Source of the DNA: Haplodiscus bocki
Lineage: Eukaryota
Assembly (NCBI GenBank): GCA_965655095.1
Contig: OZ296655.1
Span: 14,632,001-14,696,000, forward strand
Reading direction: 5' to 3'
DNA length: 64,000 nucleotides
Notes under the pieces: model-generated
Seen by the model: only the letters and a program-made list of their open reading frames with translations
What the model was told of the DNA's origin: nothing
Database searches by the model: none
Position numbers and translations under genes: made by a program
Shown here: piece by piece, positions 32,808 through 45,814 of the stretch
How positions within the stretch are numbered: position 1 is the stretch's first letter
How the letters are laid out: each line of letters opens with the position of its first letter

Positions 32808-35283
32808 TTATCTGGTCCCTTTTCCAAGGATTGGAGTGGACCGCTGAGGAATGAATGTTTTTTGTTTTATCCGGGATGCTGACCCGGGGGAGCCATTGCC
32901 GTCATGACATGAGCTTGAGAAGGCAATGAAGGCGTTTGGACGTAAATGACACCTTCTTGTTGAACAGTATCCTAAGAAGGAAGAAGGGCATTGAATTTGC
33001 TTTACTTTGGAGAACTTGTTGCTCCCTGAACTTACCATACTAATTTCGGAAGCAGTGCGTTTCATACCGTGGCCTGCTGCATTTATAGCAATGTCCGAAG
33101 TGGTTTCTCTTTCATCTGCCAACGTCGACAGAGAAATTGTGCGTTCGATTTTTTCTTCTCTTCCAGAGAGAACAAGATTTTTAGGAAAGACCAAACCGCA
33201 CCATAGAGGTGTTTCGCGATGCTTGTGTTTATAGCGGTGATAAATGCAGACAAAAACAAATGCAAAACCATTGATCCCAAAAATGATATCAGACTCATTA
33301 AATGGGAATTCTTGATAGACAAATCAGAATCGAACCACTTTGAAAGGGATGGATGCAGTTGAGTTCTTTTTGAACTTATCGGACGTGCTATTTCCAAAAG
33401 TTTTCCGGGTCCTGCATTTTAGGGCTGTCAAAAAACTTTTCTCGGACTTCTTTCAGCAATCCAATTCCAGCTGCCGATTTTGTCAAAAAATAAAGCATAT
33501 CATCTACTTCTGGAAGTTCACTCCAGAGTTCTTTCAACGGATCTGGGAATTTCATTATAATTTTACTTGCGGGAAGCTGTTCGCAAGTATTCAGGTCCAA
33601 TCTAAGTTTGATGTGTGGACCTACTAACTGCTTTGCACATTCCAGTGTGATAATACAAATTCGGCGTCCAGGGTAATTAATTATTCCTGATGAAGTAGTT
33701 GAGGCTGCATCGGATTCAAATTGAGTATAAACAGTGGTTGCGGACGTTATAAGCCAAACTCCAAATCCCAAGTTTTCAGCTTTTTCCGTCGCTGGAAGGG
33801 CAATTGGTTTTGTATCGCATATCTGTTATGCTTCTACACTGCCGTTGAAGAAAATAGTTGCTAAACAAAATCCATTTCCTGTTTCTGTTGCAATCATGTC
33901 TAGGCATATTTGATACCGTGAGGATCCGGTATATCGCGAGAGATCTTATTCTGTCAGATATGCTGTTTGCACTTTATCTTCCGTTATCGCTATTTAGGGC
34001 GCCTGTAATTTCCATTTGATTGCCAAGTCCGGTTCCATTTGAGGTATAAGAACCGCTTTTGAACGGAAAACTGTAAATGCAGTTTGTTTTGATGCCAAAG
34101 AAATGGCAATACGCATTAGAAGTACTCGGTCTACAGTAAAGACATCTCGTAAAAGTCATGAATCGTAATAGGGTTTTATTTCACCAATTGGATTTTTTGA
34201 AGAAAGTCTATCCTTGGAGCGACTTTGTTCCGCCGCGTCATTCTCTAGAATCGTTATGAGCGATTCTCCAGGAACAAGCGACATTGGCAAATAAATGTTC
34301 AGAATCGGTTTAATTGAGTTCATCATACTAATAGGGTACGGGTTAATTGGGCCTCGATAACTTTTCGTTTCCGCGAATGTAATAGCAGCAACGAAGAAAT
34401 AGCGTCATAATTGAAAATTATCCGCTGGCGAGAGAAAAGCAACTGATCACAATCTCGTTAGACATGAACATTGTCTTGAAAAACTTCAAAGCGCTCCTCA
34501 ATGATTTTCCAGTTACATTTTTGTACTTCAAGCATCTCCGTTGGAACAGATTTGATTGCAGCAAATTCGGACGTAACCATAAAAAATTTGTCGTTTACTT
34601 CGTTTCGTATTTTAAAAACATCTTCTGTCAAGGTTTCTGTGAAATCAGCCAGTTTTTGAATTTTTTCGGCAATGCTTTTCGATTTATCGTGGCAGGAGCC
34701 AAAAATTCCTTCAATTCCACGGGATCCTCCTCCGAGCGCCATTCCGGATCCAAATAAACCGACTGAAGCAAGCGCCATCATTGCAAGAGGCGCTGCCCTG
34801 GGTGAGCGATGAACATACTGTGCTGCTGCTGCTTCATAATTCAAAAAAGAAGATTCTAATTTCAAAGAGCGTCAAGCTCTTGCTCGGCAAGGATAACTTC
34901 ATTTTCAATTTGGTGGAGAAGCCAAACAACATCAAAGGTTAAGTCGTTTTTTTTTGAAAATTTAAAGAGGAATCCAAATTATACTGGCAGCTAGCGGAAG
35001 CCCACAGCTTTCCAAGTTTTTTTTAGGTAGGCACTTAATTCGGCAAAACTTCAAGTTCAAACTTTGGAAAGGGGACCAGAAAATCAACGTTGATAAATTT
35101 TTCAGCCAGTAAAACTTTTGTAACATGGTTAAAGATGATGCCGTTTTCAAGTACTGCGCCTTGTGCGTGTTCTGGGATGTTATCCGAAGCCCATATCACT
35201 TGATCCGTGAGAACGTTTGCAATGCATGTCGATAGCACTGAAAACGGAAAAGTATTCTGCGCGTCCGATAAAAGATGATTCAT
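32808..35283 (-). pseudogene. env: env (class-I fusion glycoprotein) of element C
   Basis: KVLLAEKFINVDFLVPFP; furin-type RSPR followed by fusion peptide AAPLAMMALASVGLFGSGMALGGG; heptad repeat; ICIITLECAKQL; TM LMSLISFLGSMVLHLFL; cytoplasmic tail. Confidence 0.85.
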
Positions 35284-37974
35284 GGAAAAAAGTTTAATTG
35301 GAACCTTGCGTGTTTCGATTTTGAGGTACTTTGTGAGTTTGGACTTTAGTATTTTATATTTTTTGTTAGTACCACACCATGAAAAGCAGGGTTTCAATTT
35401 TTCACCGAGATATTTCGGAGCACTTCTGTTCGGAATATGTTTTGTGAATTTTATGGGTGGCGTCCCCATAAAATGTTGCGAGGAAAAAACCAGCGTTGGG
35501 CAAGTCTGTATTCAAAAGGTTCTTGAAGTATGTCGCCAGACATTCACTCTGGTCGATAAAGAACTAATGGACCCTTCGTGGGTTCAAATGGTGCTTGTTC
35601 TAAGCCTAGTGTTCCTATGCTTAAGCATGCGCTACAAGCATTAGCATGCCGTCAAAAACACAAGTCAGTCCTTTGGTTGTTTAATTGGAGTTTATAGAGC
35701 CCTTTAGTTTAATGGTTGTTACTGTTAGGTATTTGATACTGTAGTACTAACATTTATGTTTGTCTAGTATAAGAGATGGGACCCAGTACTAATCATGTGT
35801 GAGCCACAACTCAATTTTGACTACTTTTCAGAAAAGCTGTCTGTCAAGACTGGAACTACCCAGTAGTGAAACTTCATCAGTTAGTTATGTAGTTGACTTA
35901 CTTGATTTATTAAGTGAGCATTACTATTATTGGACAATGTATTACTGGAAACACTTAGTTGGAACTAGATAGTCATTACTGTGAAAAAAAACTGGTTTGG
36001 TTCTTTGTAGGCGAAAATGAAAACTCGAGGTGACAAAAAATATATTGTCATTGGAAAACCGGTGGGATGAACAAAATTTAATGAAGTTGGATTGGAAGGC
36101 TGTACCCAGCTCTGACGGCAAAAACTGCGAATTTTGGGCTGACGTGGCCCAGAAAATTAAAAGTTCCTTTTGATATGTTAAGGTAAATCTTTTTCTGCCT
36201 ACTGAGCCTATAGTTATAAAAGATCAGCAATTGATTCCAGTGAATGAATCATTCAGAAGGATTATGGCGGCATCAACGAGTGCTTCCAATGTGTTATTGT
36301 GTATTCGAACTAAAAAATTGAAAAGAAAAGTAGGGTATACCAAGAAATTAAAAGTGGCGTTGTATTGTTTGCGAAGAATTCTAGGGCTTGGTCCCTAAAT
36401 TTGGAAGGTTTGTTGGATTATCAACTACCTTGTTGTATGGTTCTTACTAACTTAGATGGAATTGCTTCATTTGGTCCCTGGTTCACTTCTGGGCCTATCG
36501 AAACAGGTGGGGACGATAGCATAACTCATGTGCCAGTGGGAAACAAGATTGTGTTGACTGCAACTCGGGGCAATGCTTCCCGGCGGCTGGAATCATTAAA
36601 AACGTAAGTAAAATTTATGAAAAATCTACTATCAAAGGCTCCATCTGCTACCAAGAAGCGTATTATAAGATTTTATATCTCCACTCCCAACTCTTTACTG
36701 GTACAACCTGCTTTATGTGCACACACAGTGATTACTCTGGGTTTCAAACCAGTTTTAGTGTATTGGTTCGAAGTAAAAGTGGAATCCGACGTAAAAAAGT
36801 GCAGACAAGTTCTTCAGGATTATTCAACTGGGACGGCAACAGAAAAAAAGAAAGTATTCTAGCAGACGCGCACTGATAGGGAGCGTTGCAAACTTTGAAA
36901 CAAAAGAAAAAGGAAAAAATGGCCCCTAATAAGCAAAGAGAGTGTTTAAAAATGACCAGGGCAGTGTTCCATCCCAACATGTCCCCATGAAAACCTTCAT
37001 ACCAAAAGTAAGGAGCGGATGTTGAAATGTGGCCGCAAAAAGCAAACTATTGAATGGAAGAAGAGTGCCAAGCAAGGTAACATCCAGTTTTACTTGTCGC
37101 TTTCACTATTGGGGAGCAATCAATATTTCGATATTCTATGATCTTAGCTAGAATGAAATAGTGAGCAGCGGTGCTCGCAGAGTAAGCCCAGCCAGATATC
37201 GGTGAGGAATTCACCCAAAAGTCATGGTTACTTGACACTGGTTACATATGCACAGTGTTTGTATACACTCTTTGGAATCATTTTCATTCTATAACTGGTG
37301 CATATTGTATACAGGAAGATCCTAGAACGCGGGCAATGTTGAGTTGATGCTCACACCCGAAACCTACTCTGTCATATCGATATGCAACAGTTAATATCGA
37401 TCGTGTATCACCAAACGTAAACAACTTAGGTTGAAAAAATCAAATACAATTTAATATGTACACCTCTGACTGGTAAGTGACGGAGTCTTCTGATAGGAAG
37501 GAGTTAACCTTAGGAACTGATTGTGGCAAATTTTCAAATTTATGTCAGCAGTGAGAAAAATCTGACAAAAAAAGTTTTTTTGTCGTGTTGTCTTGAGATT
37601 GCTATTCGAACGGGAAAAACAAGTACGTTTCTGCGACAATAGGACTAGGTGCTGTTGCCTTACGTTTTTGGGAAGGCAAGAACCTTCGAGAAAAACGAAT
37701 GCTGGCGGATTTTTTAATTCCTTTTAAAATGTTGTTTTTATGTATTGAACTGATAAGAAATTAAGCAGAAATGTCAATATTTTGGTGACAGTTCAGAGTT
37801 TGGTGTGTCAATTTTATTTGGGTTATCAAACGGGCGGATTTTGCAGCAACCCTTCAAAAGCTAACTGGCAAGCAGTGCACATATGGAATATTCTTCTATC
37901 TGTTTCATCGTCTTTATCGTACTCTTCAGCAATTATCAAATTTTCAATTAATCGATTGCTGCGCCATTTTCGTA

Positions 37975-38400
37975 AAAAGAGCTTAAAACAAATTCCAATG
38001 CGTCCGATTATAAGGATTATAACAGTCAGTATTTTTTTCCATTCGAGTTTATCTAGTCCGCACCCATTTTGCGGTAAGCTAATTTATTTTATTCCGTGCG
38101 TAACATGTGACTTTCCATTCCACAGAGGCTTTTATGTAAATTTTGGTAAGTAGGCTTATCATTGCCGTACTTTTTTGTTACTAAGTTATTTATCCAGTTC
38201 TGTCGTTGTTGAGAAAAATGTCCTAGAAAAGAGCCTGGCTCTAAAAACATGTTTCGTTGGGGAATGTCATTCAAATCAGGGAAAAATCTCAAAAAATGTT
38301 TAGCTATTACTGATGCCATTGCTAAATCAGATGATACGCAATGTCCAAAAAGAGTGTTAAGGTTTTCAAACAGATATCTAAGTAAAGTTTCAAGATTTGG
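37975..38400 (-). pseudogene. TARG1/OARD1 (Poa1p-like) macrodomain carried by element C
   Basis: YLFENLNTLFGHCVSSDLAMASVIAKHF...WINNLVTKKYGNDKPTYQNLHKSLCGMESHM..(frameshift)..ISLPQNGCGLDKLEWKKI follows the TARG1 motifs AHCIS.D..MGAGIA, LITK, KPTYENL..SL..M, MPRIGCGLD.L.W. Confidence 0.9.
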
Positions 38401-38433
38401 TGGTAGTAAAATACTTTAAGTATCATTAGAAAG

Positions 38434-41400
38434 TTAGTTTGACTGAAATTTATGGGAATGGACATCAGAAGAGGATGGCGGCTGACCACTATTCGCTCGA
38501 ACTGGATAACGGTTTTTCAGAATCAATTTTCCCGGTATTTGCGTTAAATTTAGAGCTGAAGGTAATGATTTTACTAGTTTTCGTCGCGTAGTAGATGCGA
38601 TGTTCCCTAACATATTTCTGTTTGTGTCCACTGATGGTGGAGTCTTAGTTTGTTGCTCAGGATAGGCATAATAACCCGTTTTCGTTAAGTGTAGTTGCGA
38701 TAGAATGCCACGATGATAATCCTATTGATCAAACCGAAAAATCTGCGACGCAGCAGGGGTTGATTGTACACTGCTACTGATCGGTATCCGAGATGGTCTA
38801 GTTTTTGATTTTGTATCAGACATTTCTGTTCCTGTCTACTCAGTGATGTTTCTTGATTTTGGTTTAGTTTAGGAGACACACTGGGCTCAGGACTGTCAAT
38901 GTGTACCTGGATTGGAACCGCTAGATGAAGAGGCTCTGGAAAGAGCTGATTTTCAAATTCTTCCGGTGGAGCTGGTTCAGATGCGGGTTGTAGTGGCGGG
39001 TATTGATGCTCCTCGGGCACTGCATTTTGTGCTTCGATGTGTACTTCTTCTCTAGGTTCGGCTGGAACAACTGCTGCGCCTCCAATAACGTGTTCTACCT
39101 ACTTTATCTTCAAAGCTGGTTTTCCAATGTTAGGGTCATAAAGTTTACCCTCTCGTAGTTAGTCTTCCAAAGCGTCATCGAACATTTCATGCTCCGACCT
39201 GTGCTTTCCTAAACTAGGTTCTGCTCTAAAGTCATCCAATGTTAATTGGATGTCCTCAACCTGATAATTAGGTGTAACAGGTCGTAATCGGATTCGATGA
39301 ACACATTGTGTGTACGGAGTGCCAATTTTTCTAATCGAATAATTAGATTTTGTTTAGAATTTCTCCACCCTATACAAAGAAAGCCAAATGGTAGTTGTTT
39401 TTGCGGCAGAATCACTTAGTGCAAGTAGAGATGGATTCAACAATAAGCAATACTAATGTTGCATTATTGGCTTTGCAACTGTTTTTTTGTCATAATAGGT
39501 ACGATACTTGTGATCCAATTGTCTCGGTTTTGTATGAGAAAATTGTTCCAGTAATGAACATTGCAAATCGACTACGTAGTCAGACGTTAGTTTTTTTTGA
39601 GCTAATGTATGGCTTCTAAAACGTAAGTCAGTTGGTTTATTGAGTTCACGTCCATGGAACAATGAGCTGGGGGTACATCCAATTGATGAATGGTACGACG
39701 TGTTATCGATAAATGTTGCTAAGTCAACATATCTATACCAAGTTGTCCATTTTTCATCAGTGTTGAGTTTCGAGAGTCGTTTCAATGTTGCATGTGATCT
39801 TTCAACAACTCCGATTGTTTGGGGGTGCTTTAATGAAACATGTTCAAGTTGTATTTCAATAAGTTTCGCTAACTCATGAATTAATTCTGCGACAAAACTG
39901 GTACCTAAGTCAGATAGGATTTTAGTAGGTATGTAACTGTGTTGAAAAAACATTGAAACTAAGGCTTTCGCAAGTGTACCTGTATGTGGTCATGTTAAGG
40001 AAACTGCGAAGAGACATTTTGAAAAAACGCCTAATCCTGATAATGCATATTTGTAAATTGGTGATTGGAATAGTCCAACTAGGTCTATTTGCATCATGTC
40101 ACCCGGAAAAAGTTGTTCTGATGAAATTGGTTGAAGTACTGGGTGCAATTGTTTTTTGGTAACTCTTTTGAGAGTCGAGCAACAAAAGCAGTTCTTGACA
40201 TTGTCAGTCAAATATTCTAAAAATCCGTGAAAAAAGAATCATCTGCGAATTTCTTTCGCTGTTTTAACAATACCAAGATGTCTTCCTGCAGGAGAATTAT
40301 GTCTTCTGTAAAAGAATCCTTTTCGCATATGTTTAGGAACACAAACTTGTGAGTGCGATATTCTTCGAATTTTGTGAAAAAATTGTCGCACTAAACTCAC
40401 TTTTTGTAATTGTAGTCTCATCAAATGTTTATGATACTTTTTGAGTTCGAAAGAAGCATAAATTAGGTCATCAAAACATCCATTTTCAGTCCAATCCATT
40501 ACTTTTCTAATCAAGGTATCTTTTTTCTGTTCCTCTTGGATATTCAAAAGCTTAGCGGTTGTAGGTGAAATTTCAAAATAATTCAAAGGTTCATTTTGTT
40601 GAATTGAATTGATTTCTGGTGCACGTTTTTTGAGATAATCTTCTGAAGTGGTATCTTTTGATGCAGATGCCAAAAGATCCTTCAAATGGGGAATTAGGTT
40701 TTGTAAGGCATGAGTTGAGTTTATGATGTTTATAATATCTTCTGATAAAATGCGAGGCTGACGTTCTACTTGTTCTGGTAGATCAGGTTCTATTGCTAAC
40801 ATCGATGCATCAGGAATTTTTGCTTTCATGTCTATCTTTGGGATGGATTCATAAAGTTGTAGTTCCAAGCTTTGAGTGGGATCGATTTGCATTCTCGATA
40901 GAAAATCTGCTGCGGCATTTGCTCGACCAGGAATGTGTGCAAGAACTATATTGTAGGCAATGACTCTGTCCATGAAATTCCACAGTGCTGGATGAAGTGA
41001 CTTTGATTGAAAGAAACTCGTCAAACCTTCATTGTCCCATCGGATAATTTCTGGTTTTTCAGCACCCCAAATGAAATAAGAGAAGTATTCTAATGCAAAG
41101 TAGAGTGCTAAAAATCTTTTCAATACGTTGACATTTTCTATTGAGTGACATTATATAATTGTGATCCGTAGGATACAGGTGCGCAGGTTTGCTTTTTTTC
41201 TGTCTTTTTGTTCTAGGTAGTCTTCAATCATTGAGACAAATCCGCTACTATAATAACTTGCGTCATACAGAATTACATACTGTTGTCCTGGTTTTGCTAA
41301 ACGTAAGGTCGTTTCAGTTGCTTTGAGCAAATCTGGCTTTATATTGTCAAAACTTTTCAAACTTTCATCTTGGAGAAAAAGTCTACATCTTTTCTGAGTA

Positions 41401-43460
41401 ATTTGTACCATGGCATCAAGTTTTGTGCTAGATTAGGAAGAAATGGGGGGAAAATAATGTAAAGCCAATTAATCTTTTCACTTGTGTCACAGTAATTGGA
41501 AGTTTTATCGTATTCAGACTTTTTGGAATTTTTTCCCTGGTTGAAGTCCTTTTGATGTTATCGTGTTGCCAAGAAAGTTTAAAGATTATTGAAGGCATGC
41601 CAATTTCACATTTATGAGGTGTCAATCGTAATCCTGATTTTCTAAGGCAGTCAAAGTTTTGACTCAATTTGTGCACCATTTGTTCGAATGTCTCCACTCC
41701 GCATTCGATATCGTCCATAAATTGTGTACATAAGCTGGCTGCGAGACAAGAATCTAGATAAGATCTGACAAATGAGCTAAATTTAATCCTCGTGTAGGCG
41801 TATGTTCGTGAGGCAAAGTTGAACGAAAGTACTTGCACTGATAAGGGGTCTGCCCTTTGTACACAGTGATAAACTTGACAGCACTCTAATTTTGTAAACA
41901 AAGTCTGTCCTGCAAAGTGATGAACGACGTCTGTCATGTTTGATATCGGAAAATTATTGTTACAGTAATCATCCCGCAGGAGGTGATTAACTCGTCTAAG
42001 ATCAATCAAAATTCTCATTTTCCGTGATGACTTGCGTTGAGCAAAAACGGGACCACTATATTTAGAACTTGGGAGAAGCGTCACGATACCATAATATTGC
42101 ATGAGGGCAAATTCAACTAAGATTTCATCTCTCAAATGAATAGGTGTTGGTGGACTTTGAACGTAAACTGGTAAAACATGCACTGGAGTCAATTTGACCT
42201 TCAATTCCAAAAATTAGCCAACGTCAAATCTATGTTTTGCAAAATTATCATTAATTTCAACTAATATTTCTTGCATTTCTTGAATCTTTTTTTCTGTCAG
42301 AGCAGATCTTGACCGATCAAATTGTTGTAAAAATGTTTCTTGATCTCTGGAAGTCTGTTGGGGATTTAAAGTGTCTCTTTGTTGTAACTCTGTAATGTTA
42401 TCATCATTTTTTCTCTGTAGACTTGGCAATTTTTCAGGATTCGGGCAGGTTTCCGGCGTTGGAAAACAAATTTTGTCGTAGTCCAATGGTGGACGTTTCG
42501 GTTGATTTTTGCCATTTACTTCTCATGTACTCAAAATTTGATTTACGCTATTGAAAATTTCGGGATCTTTCATTTTGCCCAAAGCTAATAGATCTGGACC
42601 ACTTTCAATCAATTCTTTTTCATTTTGGGGTGAAAGTAATTGGAAAACGGCAACTTGTTTGTTATTTGTAAGCGTTACATTTTGTTAGTTCAAATTAATA
42701 GCAATAACTGATATATTCCATTTTTGTCTTTTCCAACTTTTATTACGGCTGACGAAAGCTTTAAGTCTGTGCTTCCTTCAAAATATTCGTCTGGAATTAC
42801 TGTTCCTGTATGACTTTCCAGTTCCTTTGGAACATCTATTTTTGCGTAAAGACTTTCTTGTTGCTGAGGTCTGATTACAATTTTTTGTAGTAGACAGACA
42901 GTATATTTGGTTTTTAGAAAATTATTCCATCCTTGAGTAGGATTTTTGATTTCATTTAATTGGTAAGTCGTGACCGGGATTCCGAGTAAGTTTTTATATT
43001 GTTTGAAAAATGGGTTGCCTAACACAACACTGTTCATTGAAGGTAAAATAAGAAAAACCTCGTCGAATTGATGCCCAATAATTTCGATTTTGACAACCGC
43101 TTGTGCTAATACTTTTACTGTACGTCCTGATGCTACTTTCAAATTCAAAAGTGATGCTTGTTGTAATTCTGAAATGGAATTTAGGCATTGTGTTTTTAAT
43201 TTTCCAAAAAAAGTCAGCTGGCATTGCATTTGCACATGATCCAGTATCAATGAGTGCTTTTCGGCGAACATCGTTTCCAAAATTCAATGGGATATACATC
43301 AAATTTTCTCCTTCAGCTGAAGTAAGAATATTAAGAGCGTTTGAACGTGTTTCATCTGACAGCGACTGATTTGTCAATGAATCTGTGAACAAAGGGTCAA
43401 AATTTAGAACTGAAATTTCTTTTGCAGAAAATAAATAATGAAAATTAGGGTCATACATAT
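38434..43460 (-). pseudogene. pol: pol (PR-RT-RNase H-IN) of element C, frameshifted
   Basis: LIDTGSCANAM; RILIDLRRVNHLL; QFMDDI; LYDASYYSSG and LAHIPGRANAAADFLSR; HNSPAGRHLG...CFCC; QIDLVG, ILSDLGTSF, HPQTIGVVERSH (DDE core). Confidence 0.93.
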
Positions 43461-43554
43461 CTGAGTTTTGTAAATTAAATGGATTGGCTGATGTGTGTGG
43501 CTCTAAGCGTGTTTTGGTTGTCAGTTGAACAGAATTTGTCCACCTCTTGAGCTA

Positions 43555-44735
43555 CTTTTTTTTCTTCTACTTCGCAATTGGGTGCTGTATGGTTTGGATA
43601 ACCACAAGTGTTGCAAACTTTTTGAATAAATGCGGTGGTTTCAAGGTTTCCGTCATAATTTCCAGAGTTTACTGTTGCTTCAACATTTGATGCATTTCGT
43701 CTGAAGCTATCGTTGTTGTACTTATTGAAGTTGTTGTAATAACTATTAAAAATATTTGAATTCTGTCAATGATATTTTCCTCTATGGTAATATCCCCATC
43801 AAATATTTCCTCTATGATTGTTTCCATTTCTTCCACGACTCTTTCCTCTATAAATGTTTTCTCTGTTGTTGTATATACCTCGATATTTACCTTTACCTCT
43901 CTGGTTTTGATATTTTTTCTGGTAGTTTGATCCCTAATTGTTTGGAGATTGTTGGTAGTTAAATTTTTCAGTGAGAGCATTCAGTTTCGTTTCTAATGAG
44001 GTTTGATTTTCTGATACTTTTGTTATGACGTTCAAAAATTTTTCTTTATTATCAATATTCATTTTATTAAATCCATCTCGCGACTAGTCATCTACTGGAC
44101 AAAGTTCTCTCAAAATCAATTTTGGTCTTGCTTTTGTGCAAAATTCTTGAATTATGGCGTTTTCTGGCTGTTCCAGGAGTTTGCGTCTGATAAAGTTTGG
44201 CATTCCCTTCTTGAATAGTCTCATGACACGTCTGTCTCTTTCCATCGTCGCAAACTTTCTCCTATTCTCATTTTCTCTGTGTTCTCTATCAACTCTCTGT
44301 CGATCGTTCTCGACTTCTTCATTGAGTGGCTCAACAGGCAAATCTACTGGTGGATGATAAGCTTGCAATGCTGAATTTTGCAAATTTATCACGAATTCTT
44401 CTGCTGAATCTGTTACGTTATTAAATTCGAGATTTTCCAAATTGATATGATGGATTTTTTTTAAATTCGGATTACAAAAGTGATCTTTCAAGACTGTCAG
44501 TGTCAGTTCCAGATCACTTCTGGTTTAGTCGTCTCGTGTGTGAAAAAATTGAAGTGCAGAGTCTTGCAGTTGTAGCTTTAAAAAGTCTACTCTTTTGTCT
44601 GCGTTTTCATTTGCCACGTCAACTAGGCTACGAAAAAATGACTCAAAATCTGTCCAAGTTTCTGTTGAGGAACCTCCAAATTTTGGAATCGATACGAGTG
44701 ATGCTGCTGCTGCTATATTTATGAATTTCGCAAAA
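43555..44735 (-). pseudogene. gag: gag of element C
   Basis: SIPKFGGSSTETWTDFESFFRSLVDVA...LKDHFCNPNLK capsid-like region; CNTCGYPNHTAPNC zinc knuckle near 43575-43615. Confidence 0.85.
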
Positions 44736-45297
44736 TTTGGCGGTTCGTGTCAACAAAGCTACCGAAAGCGTTCAGTTGAGTTAATATCGGCAAAAAGTCA
44801 GAATTTTGTGATACGAAAAAAGAAAACTAAAAGGCAATTGAAAAGAGGAGTAAGAAAAAATAACAACTACTGCTTCAATATCAATTTACTGCGTGCGCTC
44901 TTTGATAAATGATGATAGACAATTGATGAATTCAGTATTTAGAGAAATGTTTGAGCGCGTATGAATTTCAGCACTGCTTAAGATCCTAAGAGAACTTTTT
45001 GTGGGACTTACAGGCTGCTAGATGTTTGTTCATCTTCACTGATTGTAGTTTCTGTGAGAGAAAAATCACGTCACTCAAAACATCCTGAAAGTTCCTTTGT
45101 TCCAGTCACTCGGAATAGATGTTTTTTGTCTAGGGAGTCGACTGGGGTTTTAGGAGCGTTCGTCTTGTACCCTGTCTTCTAAGAGTAGGCCTTCTTGACT
45201 TCTTTTTCGCTGTTTGACAAAATCGTACTGCTCATCAGTTCTGTTTTAGATCAACGAATCCAATTGTCTTCTGTTGTTTACAACATTAGAAGTATTC

Positions 45298-45315
45298 GTC
45301 CACGAGCTGTCACCA
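45298..45315 (-). promoter_or_regulatory. Primer-binding site of element C (tRNA-Leu-like)
   Basis: TGGTGACAGCTCGTGGAC 5 nt after the LTR end; resembles Leu-type PBS TGGTG(G/T)CAG... Confidence 0.55.
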
Positions 45316-45320
45316 ACTAA

Positions 45321-45814
45321 CGTTAGCAACGTTCTTGTTTCATTTTAGAGTTTCAAAATTCTCTCAAGGCAAGAGAGGGTTATAGATTGTTGAATCTACT
45401 ATCAGGTTTTATGTTCTTTTTGTTGCGGGCTCACCGAGTGGATTCCAACGAAGTTCTCAGCAACTAGAGCCAAAATGGTGAGTTTCACTAGTCAATTTTA
45501 ATATTCAATATCCAAACTTTGTAGTGTTCAAAGTTAAAGATTATCTCGTATTTATATACAAAGGTTGAAAAATCATTAGTTTATCATAATCAGTCAACAA
45601 GAATTTTGAAATTATTTCTCTCTCAGGCATCTCTCTGGCGCCCTATTAATTTGTCAGTTTTAATTAACATATAATTTCTGGGGTTCTTTCCGAGATGAGC
45701 TTTTTGCTTCAGCTGTCATCGTAACATGGAATTTCACATTCCCTTTTCAACCGGGGTGCAAAAACCGAACCCCCGTTCACATGCGGAGAAGTTGAAGCAT
45801 CGTCCCATATAACA
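45321..45814 (-). repeat. 5' LTR of element C
   Basis: Minus strand begins TGTTATATG and ends ..GCTAACG (CA mutated). Internal TATATAAA (~45551-45558). Directly followed by a PBS. Confidence 0.7.

Larger units (their letters stand above)
31487..45814 (-). mobile_element. Decayed env-bearing Ty3/Gypsy (retrovirus-like) element C with macrodomain and accessory region
   Basis: 5' LTR 45321-45814, PBS, gag, CCHC knuckle, PR (LIDTGSCAN), RT (CTQFMDDI), RNase H, IN, macrodomain and env, in Gypsy order. No matching 3' LTR found, so the left boundary is approximate. Confidence 0.92.
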
